Below, in pieces: positions 46,323 through 56,849 of a stretch of DNA of 64,000 nt. Numbering within the stretch: the stretch's first letter is position 1; each line of letters begins with the position of its first letter. Source of the DNA: an uncultured Pelagibacteraceae bacterium (GTDB taxonomy: Bacteria > Pseudomonadota > Alphaproteobacteria > Pelagibacterales > Pelagibacteraceae). A program made the position numbers and the translations under genes. Location: NCBI GenBank assembly GCA_902572345.1, contig CACGEW010000006.1, forward strand, positions 15,231 to 79,230. Reading direction: 5' to 3'. The notes under the pieces were generated by a model that searched no databases, was not told the DNA's origin, and worked only from the letters and a program-made list of their open reading frames with translations.

Positions 46323-47114
46323 TTAATTAAGAATAGAGGCAGGGTCTAATTTAACATCAAACCAATTTAATCTAATATCCAAGTGGGGTCCAGTTGCCCT
46401 CCCACTTTGCCCTAATGTGCCAACTATTTGACCTTTTTTAACTTTATCACCAACTTTCACATTTATATCCTTCATATGCATATACAGTGTGCTTATACCA
46501 TGACCATGATCAAAAATAATTGTACCTCCAGTAAAATACATATTATTTTCTGATAAAGTTACTTCTCCATCCATCATTGCTTTTACTGGGGTGCCTTCCG
46601 GAGCATGAAAATCTATTCCATAATGAGGCCTTCTAGGTTTACCATTTAAAATTCTTTGGCTGCCATAAACTCCCGTAATTATATATTCATCAATTGGATA
46701 TATAAAATTATCTTTGAAAAAATCGTAAGCAGTGTCAACTGATCTAGCTTTACCTATTAATATATTGTCTTTTTTTATTCTCTCATAGACTTCAGGTGGT
46801 GGAGTAACTTGTTTTGGGGGCAAACCATTAATTCTTTGAATTTTATATTCCCTTTTCATTACCTTTTTTTCAATCCTTTTTGTTTTCCCATTGTTTTTTA
46901 TTATAATTATAACATTATTTTTTCTATCTCTATCTAAACCAAAAGCAAAATAACCCTCTTTAGAAACTCGGATATTTCTATTATCAATTTTTATTTTTGA
47001 ATTTGAATCAGTTTTTCCTAAAATAAAAGCACCTTGCTCAAACTTACCTAAAAATTCAACAGCACCTAGAAACTGAAATTTAAATATAAATAAAATTATT
47101 AAGAAAATTCTCAT
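46323..47114 (-). CDS. M23 family metallopeptidase
   Basis: It has HYGIDF and GQSGRATGPHLD motifs and a signal peptide starting at MRIFLIILF. The ATG overlaps the upstream SDR stop (ATGA). Confidence 0.8.
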   Translation of the reverse strand: MRIFLIILFIFKFQFLGAVEFLGKFEQGAFILGKTDSNSKIKIDNRNIRVSKEGYFAFGLDRDRKNNVIIIIKNNGKTKRIEKKVMKREYKIQRINGLPPKQVTPPPEVYERIKKDNILIGKARSVDTAYDFFKDNFIYPIDEYIITGVYGSQRILNGKPRRPHYGIDFHAPEGTPVKAMMDGEVTLSENNMYFTGGTIIFDHGHGISTLYMHMKDINVKVGDKVKKGQIVGTLGQSGRATGPHLDIRLNWFDVKLDPASILN

Positions 47115-47875
47115 TTTGCTGTCCAACCCCCATCTATAACTATTGATGAACCAGTAATCATTGAAGAAGCTTCAGAGGCTAAAAATGTTATTGAAGTTGC
47201 TACGTCGCTTACGGTTACCACTTTATTAATTGGGGTATTTTCTTTAATATATTGATTGTATTTTTTATCCGCAAAATACTTTTTAGTTCTTGGAGTTAAG
47301 ACAATATTAGGACAAACACTATTAACTCTAATATTATATTTAGCTAAATCTAAAGCCATACCTTTTGTTAATCCTTCAACTCCAAATTTAGTCATACTAT
47401 AAACAGTTCTTTTTTGTCCTGCTACTAGACCAAAAATAGAAGAAATATTTATTATAGAACCATTTTTTCTTTTTAATTTTATTATTTGATTAGCACAAAG
47501 TTGAGCGACATTAAAAACTGCCTTAGTATTTACATTTAATAATGTCTCTAATGATATTTTTTTTACTTTTAAAAAAGATTCTGGAATATTAGTTCCGGCA
47601 TTATTAACTAAAATGTCTAACTTTTTCAGTTTAGATATGAATGTCTTCATTCGATTATAATTATTCACATCACAATTAAACGAAATGAAATTAACTTTTA
47701 ATTTCTTTATCTCTTTTTTTAAAGTATTTAATTCTAATTGATTTCTTCCAATTGCAATAATATTCCCTCCTGCTTCGGCTATTGCTATAGCTGCACCTCT
47801 GCCTAAACCTTTAGTAGCACCAGTGATTAACGCTGTTTTACCTTTTAAATTTATATCTTTTAAAAAAATTCCCAT
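47111..47875 (-). CDS. Short-chain dehydrogenase/reductase (SDR), tandem copy B
   Basis: It has TGATKGLGRG, NNAG and YSMTKFGVEGL motifs. The start MGIFLKD overlaps the upstream stop (TAATG). Confidence 0.8.
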   Translation of the reverse strand: MGIFLKDINLKGKTALITGATKGLGRGAAIAIAEAGGNIIAIGRNQLELNTLKKEIKKLKVNFISFNCDVNNYNRMKTFISKLKKLDILVNNAGTNIPESFLKVKKISLETLLNVNTKAVFNVAQLCANQIIKLKRKNGSIINISSIFGLVAGQKRTVYSMTKFGVEGLTKGMALDLAKYNIRVNSVCPNIVLTPRTKKYFADKKYNQYIKENTPINKVVTVSDVATSITFLASEASSMITGSSIVIDGGWTAK

Positions 47876-48642
47876 TATTGTGCTGTCCAACCTCCATCTA
47901 CTAATAAAGAAGTTCCTGTAATCATTTCAGATGAGTCTGCAGCTAAAAATGCTACAGCAGTTGCAACATCACTTTCTTTAGCAACTCTGCCTAATGGAAT
48001 ATTTTTAAGCATTTTATTTTTAAATTTTTTATTTTTAAAAAATTTTTTAACCATTGGTGTTTCAACAAAAGTAGGGCAAATTGTATTAACTCTTATATTG
48101 TAAGGTGCCAATTCACACGCCATACCTCTAGCAAGACCTTCTACTCCAAATTTGTTCATGTTGTAAACGTTACGTCCTTCACAACCAACCCTTCCTAGTT
48201 GTGATGACATATGAATGATAGATCCACCTATTTTTTTTCTATTTTTCGCTTTTACCATTTTTTGAGAGCATAACTGCGCAACATAAAATGCTGCTTTCAT
48301 ATTAAGATTTGTTAAATATTCCATATTTTCTTGGCTTACTTTTGTAAAATGTTGAGGTCTATTATTTCCAGCATTATTTACCAAAATATCTAATCGATTA
48401 ATTTTTCTTAAAACTTTTTTTAAATCATCTAAATTTGTTACATCACAAACAAACAACTGACTTGAACCTTTTGTTTTTTTTATAATTTTACTTACCTTAA
48501 CAAGGTCAGATTTTGTTCTACTTAATATAATTACCTTTGCTCCTGCTTCAGCTAAAGCTACTGCACAAGCTTTACCAAGACCCTTGCCAGCTCCTGTGAC
48601 GAGGGCTGTTTTATTTTTAAGATTAATTTTTTTCAGCATCAA
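47875..48642 (-). CDS. Short-chain dehydrogenase/reductase (SDR), tandem copy A
   Basis: It has TGAGKGLGKA, NNAG and YNMNKFGVEGL motifs and is a paralog of copy B. Confidence 0.8.
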   Translation of the reverse strand: MMLKKINLKNKTALVTGAGKGLGKACAVALAEAGAKVIILSRTKSDLVKVSKIIKKTKGSSQLFVCDVTNLDDLKKVLRKINRLDILVNNAGNNRPQHFTKVSQENMEYLTNLNMKAAFYVAQLCSQKMVKAKNRKKIGGSIIHMSSQLGRVGCEGRNVYNMNKFGVEGLARGMACELAPYNIRVNTICPTFVETPMVKKFFKNKKFKNKMLKNIPLGRVAKESDVATAVAFLAADSSEMITGTSLLVDGGWTAQ

Positions 48643-49232
48643 AGTATTAAAGTTTTAATATCTGTATATATTAATTCAACAGCTACAATTAAAATCGCTA
48701 GCAAACCTACCCAAGCAATCCACTTATATTTCTTAATCCAACCTGAAATTAGATTTGCTGCAACAGCCATTAATATTATTGAAAGAACTAATCCAAAAAT
48801 TAATAAATGATAATGATGACCAGCAGCACCAGCAACACCAAGAACATTATCTAAACTCATTGTGAAGTCTGCTAATAAAACAGTCCATATTGCTTTAAGA
48901 AAACTTGAATTATCAACTTTAATATCTTCCTCTTTTGATGCTCCTTTAATTACATCAACGTACAATTTATAGACAATGTATAATAATAAAATTCCTCCAA
49001 TAAGTCTTAAACCTGTAATTTGTAATAAGTAAGCTGTTAGAAGAGTTAAAATTATTCTTAAAATTACAGCTCCTCCTATTCCCCAAAAAATAACTTTTTT
49101 TCTTTGATCAGGTGGAAATTTTGAGGCCACCATTCCTATTATAATTGCATTGTCACCCGCTAAGACAAGGTCAATAAAAATGATCTGAGTTAGTATAGTT
49201 ATTTGTTCAGGAGTAAGTATTTCTGCAAACAT
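48639..49232 (-). CDS. TerC/YjbE family membrane protein
   Basis: It has the repeated DLVLAGDNAIIIG and MSLDNVLGVAG motifs. Confidence 0.75.
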   Translation of the reverse strand: MFAEILTPEQITILTQIIFIDLVLAGDNAIIIGMVASKFPPDQRKKVIFWGIGGAVILRIILTLLTAYLLQITGLRLIGGILLLYIVYKLYVDVIKGASKEEDIKVDNSSFLKAIWTVLLADFTMSLDNVLGVAGAAGHHYHLLIFGLVLSIILMAVAANLISGWIKKYKWIAWVGLLAILIVAVELIYTDIKTLIL

Positions 49233-49234
49233 GA

Positions 49235-50842
49235 TTACTTATTAAGTATCATGTCAGATGCTTTTTCTGCAATCATTATTGTTGGAGCATTAGTATTACC
49301 CGAGGTTATATTGGGCATAATAGATGCATCCACAACTCTTAAATTTTGAATTCCATGTGCTTGCAATTTATCATTTACAACAGCTTCATCTCCTTTACCC
49401 ATTTTACATGTCCCAACAGGGTGAAAGATTGTTTGAGCGTGATTACTTGCGGCTTTGACTAATTCCTCATCATCGGTGATATGTGCGCCAGGTCTATATT
49501 CTTCTGGTTCATATTTTTTGAAAGTTTTAGTGTTAAGCATAATATTTCTTACTATTTTAAGAGCTTTTGCTGCTACATCTCTATCGTCTTGAGTAGATAA
49601 GTAATTCATTTTTATTTTAGGATTATCTCTACTATCTTTACTCGCTATATTAATTTCCCCTCTGCTAGTCGGTCTTACATTAGCAATAGTAGGAGTTATT
49701 CCATCAAAGTCATGCATTTTTGTTGCACCTAAAATATCTGTACTTATGGGTTGAACGTGAAACTGTAAATTAGGTGTAGCTCTGGATGGATCGCTTTTTA
49801 CAAAACCACATACCTGACTTGCCCCCATTGTCATCGGACCACTTTGTTTAAAAATATATTCTAAACCAATAAAAAAGTTTCCAATCAAACTATTAATTTT
49901 ACTATTTAAAGATTTTAAATTCTTCACTTTATACACCGGTCTAAACATTAAATGATCTTGTAAGTTTTTTCCTACACCTTTTAACTCATGAATTGTTTCT
50001 ATACCGTGTTTTTTCAATTTATCTGCATCACCAATACCTGAAACTTGCAAAATGTGTGGTGAACCGATTGATCCAGCAGATAAAATTACTTCTCTATTAG
50101 CTTTTACAGTAATTAGTTTTTCCTTTTGATAAAAGCTTACACCAGTTGTTTTTTTTCCTTCAAAGTTTATTTTTTGTACATGAGCTTTAGTGACAATTTT
50201 TAAATTTGATCTATTTTTAACAGGATTTAAATATCCTTTAGCAGCACTACAACGTAATTTTAACAATTTATTTCGACTCGTAGTAAATTGAAAATAACCA
50301 ATACCGAAATTGTCTCCGGTATTAAAATCCTCTGTTCTTGGAATTCCAGTTTCTTCAGCAGCATTTTGAAATTCTTCCAACATATCTAAATTAATTTTTT
50401 TATTCGAAACAGTTATTGGACCTTTGTCGTTATGAAATTCATTAAGACCGAGTTCATTGTTTTCTGATTTTAAAAAATAAGGAAAAACATCATCCCAACC
50501 CCAACCAGCATTACCTTGTTGTCTCCAATTATCATAATCATTACTTTGACCTCTAATCCAAAGAAGTCCGTTAATTGAAGAACTTCCCCCTAAAGTTTTT
50601 CCTCTAGGATATCTTATTGATCTATTATTCATGGTCTCATCTTTTTCAGTATGAAAACACCAATCAACTTTAGGATTATGCATTGTTTTAAAATATCCAA
50701 CGGGAATATGGATCCATGGATAAGTATCTTTGCCACCTGCTTCTAACAGAAGAACTTTATTATTTGGATCTGCACTCAGTCTATTAGCAAGAACACATCC
50801 TGCTGAACCAGCTCCAATAATTACAAAATCAAATTCGTCCAT
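49235..50842 (-). CDS. GMC-family FAD oxidoreductase (choline dehydrogenase-like)
   Basis: It has [29 protein letters not shown] and the C-terminal HPVGTCKMG motif. Confidence 0.85.
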   Translation of the reverse strand: MDEFDFVIIGAGSAGCVLANRLSADPNNKVLLLEAGGKDTYPWIHIPVGYFKTMHNPKVDWCFHTEKDETMNNRSIRYPRGKTLGGSSSINGLLWIRGQSNDYDNWRQQGNAGWGWDDVFPYFLKSENNELGLNEFHNDKGPITVSNKKINLDMLEEFQNAAEETGIPRTEDFNTGDNFGIGYFQFTTSRNKLLKLRCSAAKGYLNPVKNRSNLKIVTKAHVQKINFEGKKTTGVSFYQKEKLITVKANREVILSAGSIGSPHILQVSGIGDADKLKKHGIETIHELKGVGKNLQDHLMFRPVYKVKNLKSLNSKINSLIGNFFIGLEYIFKQSGPMTMGASQVCGFVKSDPSRATPNLQFHVQPISTDILGATKMHDFDGITPTIANVRPTSRGEINIASKDSRDNPKIKMNYLSTQDDRDVAAKALKIVRNIMLNTKTFKKYEPEEYRPGAHITDDEELVKAASNHAQTIFHPVGTCKMGKGDEAVVNDKLQAHGIQNLRVVDASIMPNITSGNTNAPTIMIAEKASDMILNK

Positions 50843-50983
50843 GATAAGAATCTATCTTATACTTGAGAAAACGCATACATGCTAATATGGCTTATTCAAC
50901 TTCAGGTTTAGCTAGTTTGGTTTGACTCTAATTTTCATTAGATGTTTAATTCTGTTTTTTATTAATAAAAAACGGGGGAAATA

Positions 50984-52078
50984 ATGAAAAAATTATTATC
51001 TGTAGTTTTTGGTTTAGCTGTTCTTGTAGGATTCTCTATGACTTCAGCGAATGCTAAAACATTAAAATGCCAAACAGTTCTTGGCAGTAAATCTGATGAA
51101 GTAAAGATGTTAAAGGACTTTACTAACACAGTAAGTGACTTGACAGATGGATCTCTAAAGTTTGAAATTATGCCTGTAGGATCAGTTGTTGGTGTAAAAG
51201 AAACTTTAGATGCAGTTGACAAAGGATTGATTGATTGTGGTTTCGCATGGACACACTATTGGTCAGGAGAACATCCAGCGGCTATGCTATTTGGTTCGCC
51301 AGTAGCAGGTGGTGGAGTAGGTATAGATAACTTAGCGTTTTTATCTTGGTTCCAATACGGTGGTGGTAAAGAATTATACGACCAACTTTGGAAAGAAATG
51401 GGTAGAGACATTAAAGGATTTATGCTTCAACCAGTTGGCCCAGAAGCTTTAGGTTGGTTTCCAAAACCAATTAAAGACATGGCTGATTTTAGAAAATATA
51501 AATTCAGAACACCTCCAGGAATTCCTGGTCAAACATATAAAGATATCGGTATTGCATCTGTAGCAATGGGTGGTGGAGATATTCTTCCAGCATTACAATC
51601 AGGTACTATCGATGCAGCAGAATGGTGTTGTCCAAAACCAGATTTAACATTTGGTTTCCAAAAAGTATTAAAACACTATTACCTACAAGGTTTACACCAA
51701 GTAGTAGTAAATGCTGACTTTTATATTAATGGATCTACTTATAAGAAAATGACTGCTCATGAGAAAAAATCTCTTGAAGTAGCTGCAAACGCTTCATTAA
51801 TTAAATCTTTAAGCTACAGAATCTATGAAAATGGAAAAGCTTTAAAAGAATTGACTACTAAGCATGGAGTAATTTTAGAAGATACTCCAACAGACTACTT
51901 TAAAGAATATATGGCAGCAGCGAAAAAGACTTTAAATAAAAACGCACAAGAAAATAAATTCTTTGCAAAAGTTTACAAGTCTATGAAAGAATTCGCTGAT
52001 ATAGCTGTACCATTCTGGAGTGGTGCTCAAATGTCAAACGCTAAGCTAGGAATGGCTCACGCGGCGACATTAAAGTAA
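50984..52078 (+). CDS. TRAP transporter substrate-binding protein (DctP type)
   Basis: It has a signal peptide and is 364 aa long. It is followed by DctQ-like and DctM-like genes. Confidence 0.8.
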   Translation: MKKLLSVVFGLAVLVGFSMTSANAKTLKCQTVLGSKSDEVKMLKDFTNTVSDLTDGSLKFEIMPVGSVVGVKETLDAVDKGLIDCGFAWTHYWSGEHPAAMLFGSPVAGGGVGIDNLAFLSWFQYGGGKELYDQLWKEMGRDIKGFMLQPVGPEALGWFPKPIKDMADFRKYKFRTPPGIPGQTYKDIGIASVAMGGGDILPALQSGTIDAAEWCCPKPDLTFGFQKVLKHYYLQGLHQVVVNADFYINGSTYKKMTAHEKKSLEVAANASLIKSLSYRIYENGKALKELTTKHGVILEDTPTDYFKEYMAAAKKTLNKNAQENKFFAKVYKSMKEFADIAVPFWSGAQMSNAKLGMAHAATLK

Positions 52079-52102
52079 TAAGCAAAAACTTTAATAATAT
52101 TT

Positions 52103-52136
52103 TAGAGCGGACTATTAAGTCCGCTCTAATTTTTTT
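52103..52136 (+). terminator. Rho-independent terminator/attenuator between the TRAP binding-protein and permease genes
   Basis: An 11-bp stem TAGAGCGGACT-atta-AGTCCGCTCTA is followed by ATTTTTTT. Confidence 0.7.
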
Positions 52137-52145
52137 GACAAGATT

Positions 52146-52760
52146 ATGAATGATAAGCCATCAAAGATAGACATTTCAGATGAAATGATTGCTGAGAGAC
52201 GTAGCGGCTCAGGAAAAATGCCTGATGATATGCCTTTATGGATGGCTAAAACAATAACTTCGATAGATAAATTCAGCAAACAAGTAGGTAATGTTGTTTG
52301 TTGGATACTCGTGCCTTTAATTCTAGCAATGACTTACGAAGTTATTATGAGAAAATTATTTTTAGCTCCAACCATTTGGGCTTACGATGTGAGCAGATTT
52401 TTATATGGAGCATTATTTATGCTTGGTGCAGGTTACGCACTTTCTAAGGGAGTTCATATTAGAGCTGATTTTTTATACAGAAATTTTAAAGTTAAAAATC
52501 AAGGGAAGATAGATTTTTGGTTGTATATTTTATTTTATTTTCCAGGACTAATAGTTTTTCTTTATATGACTATTGGTTTTGTAGGTGAGTCTATTCGAAG
52601 AGGGGAAAGAGGAATGGATACTACTTGGATGCCATTTATGTGGCCAATAAAAAGTTGCCTTCTAATTGGAATTATATTTCTATTAATTCAAGGAGTCTCG
52701 GAACTTCTTAAAAGTTATTGGGCTTATAAAAAAGGTGAATGGCCAGGGGAAAATAAATGA
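52146..52760 (+). CDS. TRAP transporter small permease (DctQ type)
   Basis: It is a 4-TM protein of 204 aa that overlaps the large permease gene. Confidence 0.75.
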   Translation: MNDKPSKIDISDEMIAERRSGSGKMPDDMPLWMAKTITSIDKFSKQVGNVVCWILVPLILAMTYEVIMRKLFLAPTIWAYDVSRFLYGALFMLGAGYALSKGVHIRADFLYRNFKVKNQGKIDFWLYILFYFPGLIVFLYMTIGFVGESIRRGERGMDTTWMPFMWPIKSCLLIGIIFLLIQGVSELLKSYWAYKKGEWPGENK

Positions 52761-54091
52761 TTGCTGAATTAATAGATCCAGCAACGCTGGGCTTTATTCT
52801 AATAGGAGTAATGTTATTTGCAATCTTTGTTGGCTTTCCAATTTCATTTACATTAATTTTTTTAGGATTTGTTTTTGGTTACTTAGGTTTCGGTAAATTA
52901 GTTTTTTACTTAATGACCTTACAATTTTCGATGGTGATGACCGAACAAACTCTTGCCGCAGTCCCGCTATTTGTCTTTATGGGAATAATGATGGAACAAG
53001 CTGGTTTAATGGAAAGGTTGTTTTCGGCATTCCAATTAATGTTAGCAAGAGTAAGAGGTTCACTTTATTATGCGGTTTTATTTGTTTCAGTAATTTTTGC
53101 AGCAGCCACAGGTATAGTTGGAGCTTCAGTCACCATACTTGGCATCATGGCAGCTAAATCCATGAATAGATCTAAGTATGATGTAAGATTAGCCGCAGGA
53201 ACTATCACTGCAGGAGGCACGTTAGGTATCTTAATTCCACCAAGCATTATGCTAGTTGTGATGGGTCCAATAATGGAAATCCCAGTAATTGATTTATTTG
53301 CTGCAGCTATATTTCCGGGCATAATTTTAGCAACACTGTATGCAGCATACACAACAATAAGATGCGCTATGAATCCAAATCTTGGACCACCTCTTCCAGA
53401 AGAGATGAGGGCTACTAGTATGACGAAAGTTTGGATTGAATTTTTACTAGGATTAGTTCCTCCTGCTGCTTTAGTTTTTGCAGCACTTGGAAGTATATTA
53501 TTTGGATTTGCTACACCTACAGAAGCAGCAGGTTGTGGTGCGATGGGAGCGCTTTTATTATCCCTAGCTTATAAAAAGTTGACATTACCAAAATTACAGG
53601 AGGCTTTAGTAAAAACTTTAGAAATTACAGCACTAATAATGGTTCTTGTAGCTGCTTCAAATTTCTTTGGTGCTGTATTCGCTAGATTAGGTACTCCAAC
53701 TTTATTAACTGAATTTTTACTTGGTTTAGAAATGAACAAATATTTAATTCTTGCAATGATCATGGTTATGATTTTTTTGTTAGGTTGGCCTTTAGAATGG
53801 GTGCCAATCGTTATGATCATTATTCCAATAATTTTACCATTAGTAGAAGCTTTAGGATTTAATTTAACTTGGTTTGCTATTTTAGTAGCAGTAAATCTCC
53901 AAACCGCCTGGCTGTCACCCCCAGTTGCTTTATCAGCATATTTTTTAAAAGGTGTAGTGCCTGAGTGGGACTTGAAAGATATTTATATTGGTATGATGCA
54001 ATTTATGGTATTGCAAATTATTGGTTTAGTATTAATAGTAATATTTCCACAAATAGCATTGTGGTTACCAACAGTTTTATATGGCAATTAA
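52757..54091 (+). CDS. TRAP transporter large permease (DctM type)
   Basis: It is a 444-aa polytopic protein with a typical DctM layout. Confidence 0.85.
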   Translation: MIAELIDPATLGFILIGVMLFAIFVGFPISFTLIFLGFVFGYLGFGKLVFYLMTLQFSMVMTEQTLAAVPLFVFMGIMMEQAGLMERLFSAFQLMLARVRGSLYYAVLFVSVIFAAATGIVGASVTILGIMAAKSMNRSKYDVRLAAGTITAGGTLGILIPPSIMLVVMGPIMEIPVIDLFAAAIFPGIILATLYAAYTTIRCAMNPNLGPPLPEEMRATSMTKVWIEFLLGLVPPAALVFAALGSILFGFATPTEAAGCGAMGALLLSLAYKKLTLPKLQEALVKTLEITALIMVLVAASNFFGAVFARLGTPTLLTEFLLGLEMNKYLILAMIMVMIFLLGWPLEWVPIVMIIIPIILPLVEALGFNLTWFAILVAVNLQTAWLSPPVALSAYFLKGVVPEWDLKDIYIGMMQFMVLQIIGLVLIVIFPQIALWLPTVLYGN

Positions 54092-55367
54092 ATATTTAAA
54101 AAAATCACCAAAAACATCTTCAACAGATGATAATAAAACTGCTCAAATCGTTCAGGGCTTATTAAATGATTTAGAAAAATCAAAAGAACAAGGATGTATA
54201 GATCTTACAAAGAAATTTGATAAATACGATGGTGAAATTATTGTTTCTAAAGAAAGAATTGAAGAAATAAAAAAAACACTAGATCAAAAAACAAAAGATG
54301 ATGTTCAGTTTGCTTATGATCGTGTGAGAAAATTTGCTGAAGCTCAATTAAAAAATTATGGTCAAGACTTTGAAGTAGAACTTTCGAAAGGGTTATATGC
54401 TGGACAAAAATTAGTACCAGTTAATACGGCAGGGTGTTATGTTCCAGGTGGAAGATATGCTCACATCGCCTCAGCAGTAATGAGCGTTACTACGGCTAAA
54501 GTTGCAGGAGTAAAGAATGTAATTGCATGTAGTCCACCAAAAGCTGGAGTGGGTGCACACCCAACAATAGTTTATACAGCAGATTTGTGTGGTGCTGATG
54601 TTATAATGAACTTGGGAGGAGTACCAGCAATCGCTGCAATGACAAATGGTTTATTTAAAAATGCTCCTGCAGATATAATTGTAGGTCCTGGAAATCAATT
54701 TGTTGCAGAAGCAAAAAGAATTTTATTTGGAAAAATTGGGATTGATTTATTTGCAGGCCCAACTGAGATTGCTGTGATTGCAGATGAAACTGCTGATCCA
54801 GAAATAGTAGCAGTGGATTTAGTAGGGCAAGCCGAACACGGTTATAACTCTCCCGCATGGTTATATACTACTAGCAAAGAACTTGCAGACAAAGTAATGA
54901 AGAGAGTTCCAGAGTTAATAGCGGACCTTCCTGAATTGCCTAGAACAAGTGCAGAGGCTGCTTGGAGAGATTATGGAGAAGTAGTTCTTTGTGATACAGA
55001 TGAGGAGATGGCTGCAATAAGCGATGAATACGCACCCGAACATCTTGAAGTTCAAACTAAAAATTTAAAATGGTTTCATGAAAGATTAAAAAATTACGGT
55101 TCATTATTTATTGGAGAAGAAACAACAGTCGCATATGGCGATAAATGTTCTGGCACTAATCATATTTTACCAACAAAGGGTGCTGGAAGATATACAGGAG
55201 GATTATTCGTTGGAAAATTTATTAAAACTTTAAGTTTCCAAAGAATGACAAAAGAGTCTACAGAACTAGTAGGAGCAGCAGCGGCTAGACTTTCAAGATA
55301 TGAAGGTATGGAAGCTCATGCAAGAACAGGGGATGTTAGACTTAAAAAATACGGTTACATGAAGTAA
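54081..55367 (+). CDS. hpsN: Histidinol-dehydrogenase-family enzyme, HpsN-like (sulfopropanediol 3-dehydrogenase candidate)
   Basis: It has the HisD fold (GGRYAHIASAVMSVTTAKVAGV, GPGNQFVAEAKR, QAEHG, APEHLE). It overlaps the TRAP permease gene by 11 nt and is far from the other his genes. Confidence 0.6.
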   Translation: MAIKYLKKSPKTSSTDDNKTAQIVQGLLNDLEKSKEQGCIDLTKKFDKYDGEIIVSKERIEEIKKTLDQKTKDDVQFAYDRVRKFAEAQLKNYGQDFEVELSKGLYAGQKLVPVNTAGCYVPGGRYAHIASAVMSVTTAKVAGVKNVIACSPPKAGVGAHPTIVYTADLCGADVIMNLGGVPAIAAMTNGLFKNAPADIIVGPGNQFVAEAKRILFGKIGIDLFAGPTEIAVIADETADPEIVAVDLVGQAEHGYNSPAWLYTTSKELADKVMKRVPELIADLPELPRTSAEAAWRDYGEVVLCDTDEEMAAISDEYAPEHLEVQTKNLKWFHERLKNYGSLFIGEETTVAYGDKCSGTNHILPTKGAGRYTGGLFVGKFIKTLSFQRMTKESTELVGAAAARLSRYEGMEAHARTGDVRLKKYGYMK

Positions 55368-56371
55368 TGCATGCATTAGTCTATACAGACACTCAAACAT
55401 TAGTTTACAGAGAAGAAAATAATCCAACAGAAAAACCAGGTGAAAGTATTTTAAAAATACAAGCATCAGGTATTTGTGGTTCTGACATGCATGCTTATCA
55501 CGGGCATGATGAAAGAAGAATACCACCTCTAATATTAGGTCATGAAGTTAGTGGAGTTATTCAAAATGGAAAATTTAAAGATAAAACAGTTGTTTTAAAT
55601 CCATTAATCACTTGCGGAAATTGTGAATACTGTAAGCAAGGCAGAGAACATCTTTGTCCAGATAGATCTATTTTAGGAATGAGCAAACCAATTAAAAGAG
55701 AGGGTGGTTTAGCAGAATATGTTTCGATACCAGATAAAAATATTTATGAAATACCAAAGGGTTTAGACACCAAAGAAGCTGCAGTAGCGGAACCAACAGC
55801 AGTTTCATTACACGCAGTACTATTAGGTGAACAAACTTTAAAAAAACCTATATCAGAATGTAGAGTTTTAATTCAGGGTGGAGGCGCGATAGGTTTATTA
55901 TGTGGTTTAATTTTAGCTAAAGATAAAGGATGTAGAAATATAGTTTTATCTGATCCAAATAAAAAAAGATTAGACGAATGTTCAAAATACCTTGATGCAA
56001 AATATGTTGCCCCAAATGATAAGATAATAAATTCAAATGGGTTTGATATTGTATTTGACTCAGTTGGACTTGAGGTTAGCAGACAACAAGCTATTGAAGT
56101 AGTTGCACCAGGTGGATCAATAATACATATAGGTTTAACGCAACCCGCTGGTACTTTCAATTTTAGAAAATTAACTTTACAAGAAATAACTTTAGTAGGA
56201 ACTTATTGCTATACAAATAAAGATTTTCAACAGACTATTAATTTATTGCATAATAAAAAATTAGGACCATTGAACTGGATTGAATACAGAGAACTTAAAA
56301 ATGGCGCGAATGCATTTAAAGAAATTCATGATGGCACGTGCGTAGCTCCTAAAATCATTCTTATTCCTTAG
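55367..56371 (+). CDS. Zinc-dependent alcohol dehydrogenase (MDR family)
   Basis: It has GICGSDMHAYHG, GHEVSG, the structural-zinc motif CGNCEYCKQGREHLC and GGGAIG. Its start overlaps the hpsN-like stop. Confidence 0.85.
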   Translation: MHALVYTDTQTLVYREENNPTEKPGESILKIQASGICGSDMHAYHGHDERRIPPLILGHEVSGVIQNGKFKDKTVVLNPLITCGNCEYCKQGREHLCPDRSILGMSKPIKREGGLAEYVSIPDKNIYEIPKGLDTKEAAVAEPTAVSLHAVLLGEQTLKKPISECRVLIQGGGAIGLLCGLILAKDKGCRNIVLSDPNKKRLDECSKYLDAKYVAPNDKIINSNGFDIVFDSVGLEVSRQQAIEVVAPGGSIIHIGLTQPAGTFNFRKLTLQEITLVGTYCYTNKDFQQTINLLHNKKLGPLNWIEYRELKNGANAFKEIHDGTCVAPKIILIP

Positions 56372-56456
56372 TTCTTCTTCTAGTTGTAGACAAATTGCAT
56401 ACCTGTAATTAATTTTTAGCATTGTAGATTTGGAATGATTTTAAATAACATAAATT

Positions 56457-56831
56457 ATGAAAAAAATTTTAATCATTTATTTACTTTTAATTTCTACAGT
56501 AAGTGCTGCTGGACATCTAAGTGAAAAAGACAAGAAAGCTACTTTAAAGTGCACAGGTTTGTATTATGCTAACAGTATGATACCTCAAGGAACCTTAGAG
56601 TTAGATAAAATTGTTTTTTCAATTGCAGCTAAGAAATATTTAACATCATATTTAATTAAAGAAGGAGTTAAAGAAGACTTTATCAACTCAGAATTAAATA
56701 AATCTGTCGATGAACTATATGGAAAGTCATATGATGAAAAAAAAACAGGTGATTGTAATAAATATATTTATAAATTGATACCAGAGTCTAAAGCGGGAAT
56801 TGATAAGTTGGTTAAATCAGGAATTTATTAA
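56457..56831 (+). CDS. Secreted hypothetical protein
   Basis: It has a signal peptide MKKILIIYLLLISTVSA and is 124 aa long. No family was recognised. Confidence 0.4.
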   Translation: MKKILIIYLLLISTVSAAGHLSEKDKKATLKCTGLYYANSMIPQGTLELDKIVFSIAAKKYLTSYLIKEGVKEDFINSELNKSVDELYGKSYDEKKTGDCNKYIYKLIPESKAGIDKLVKSGIY

Positions 56832-56849
56832 AAAAATAAAGGAGTAAAA

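Noticed and set aside
54081-55367. Calling this gene the housekeeping histidinol dehydrogenase hisD
   Set aside because: It is overlap-coupled to a TRAP permease gene and a Zn-ADH gene inside a sulfonate island, and it lies apart from the other his genes. An HpsN-like role is more parsimonious, although only a phylogeny can settle the question.
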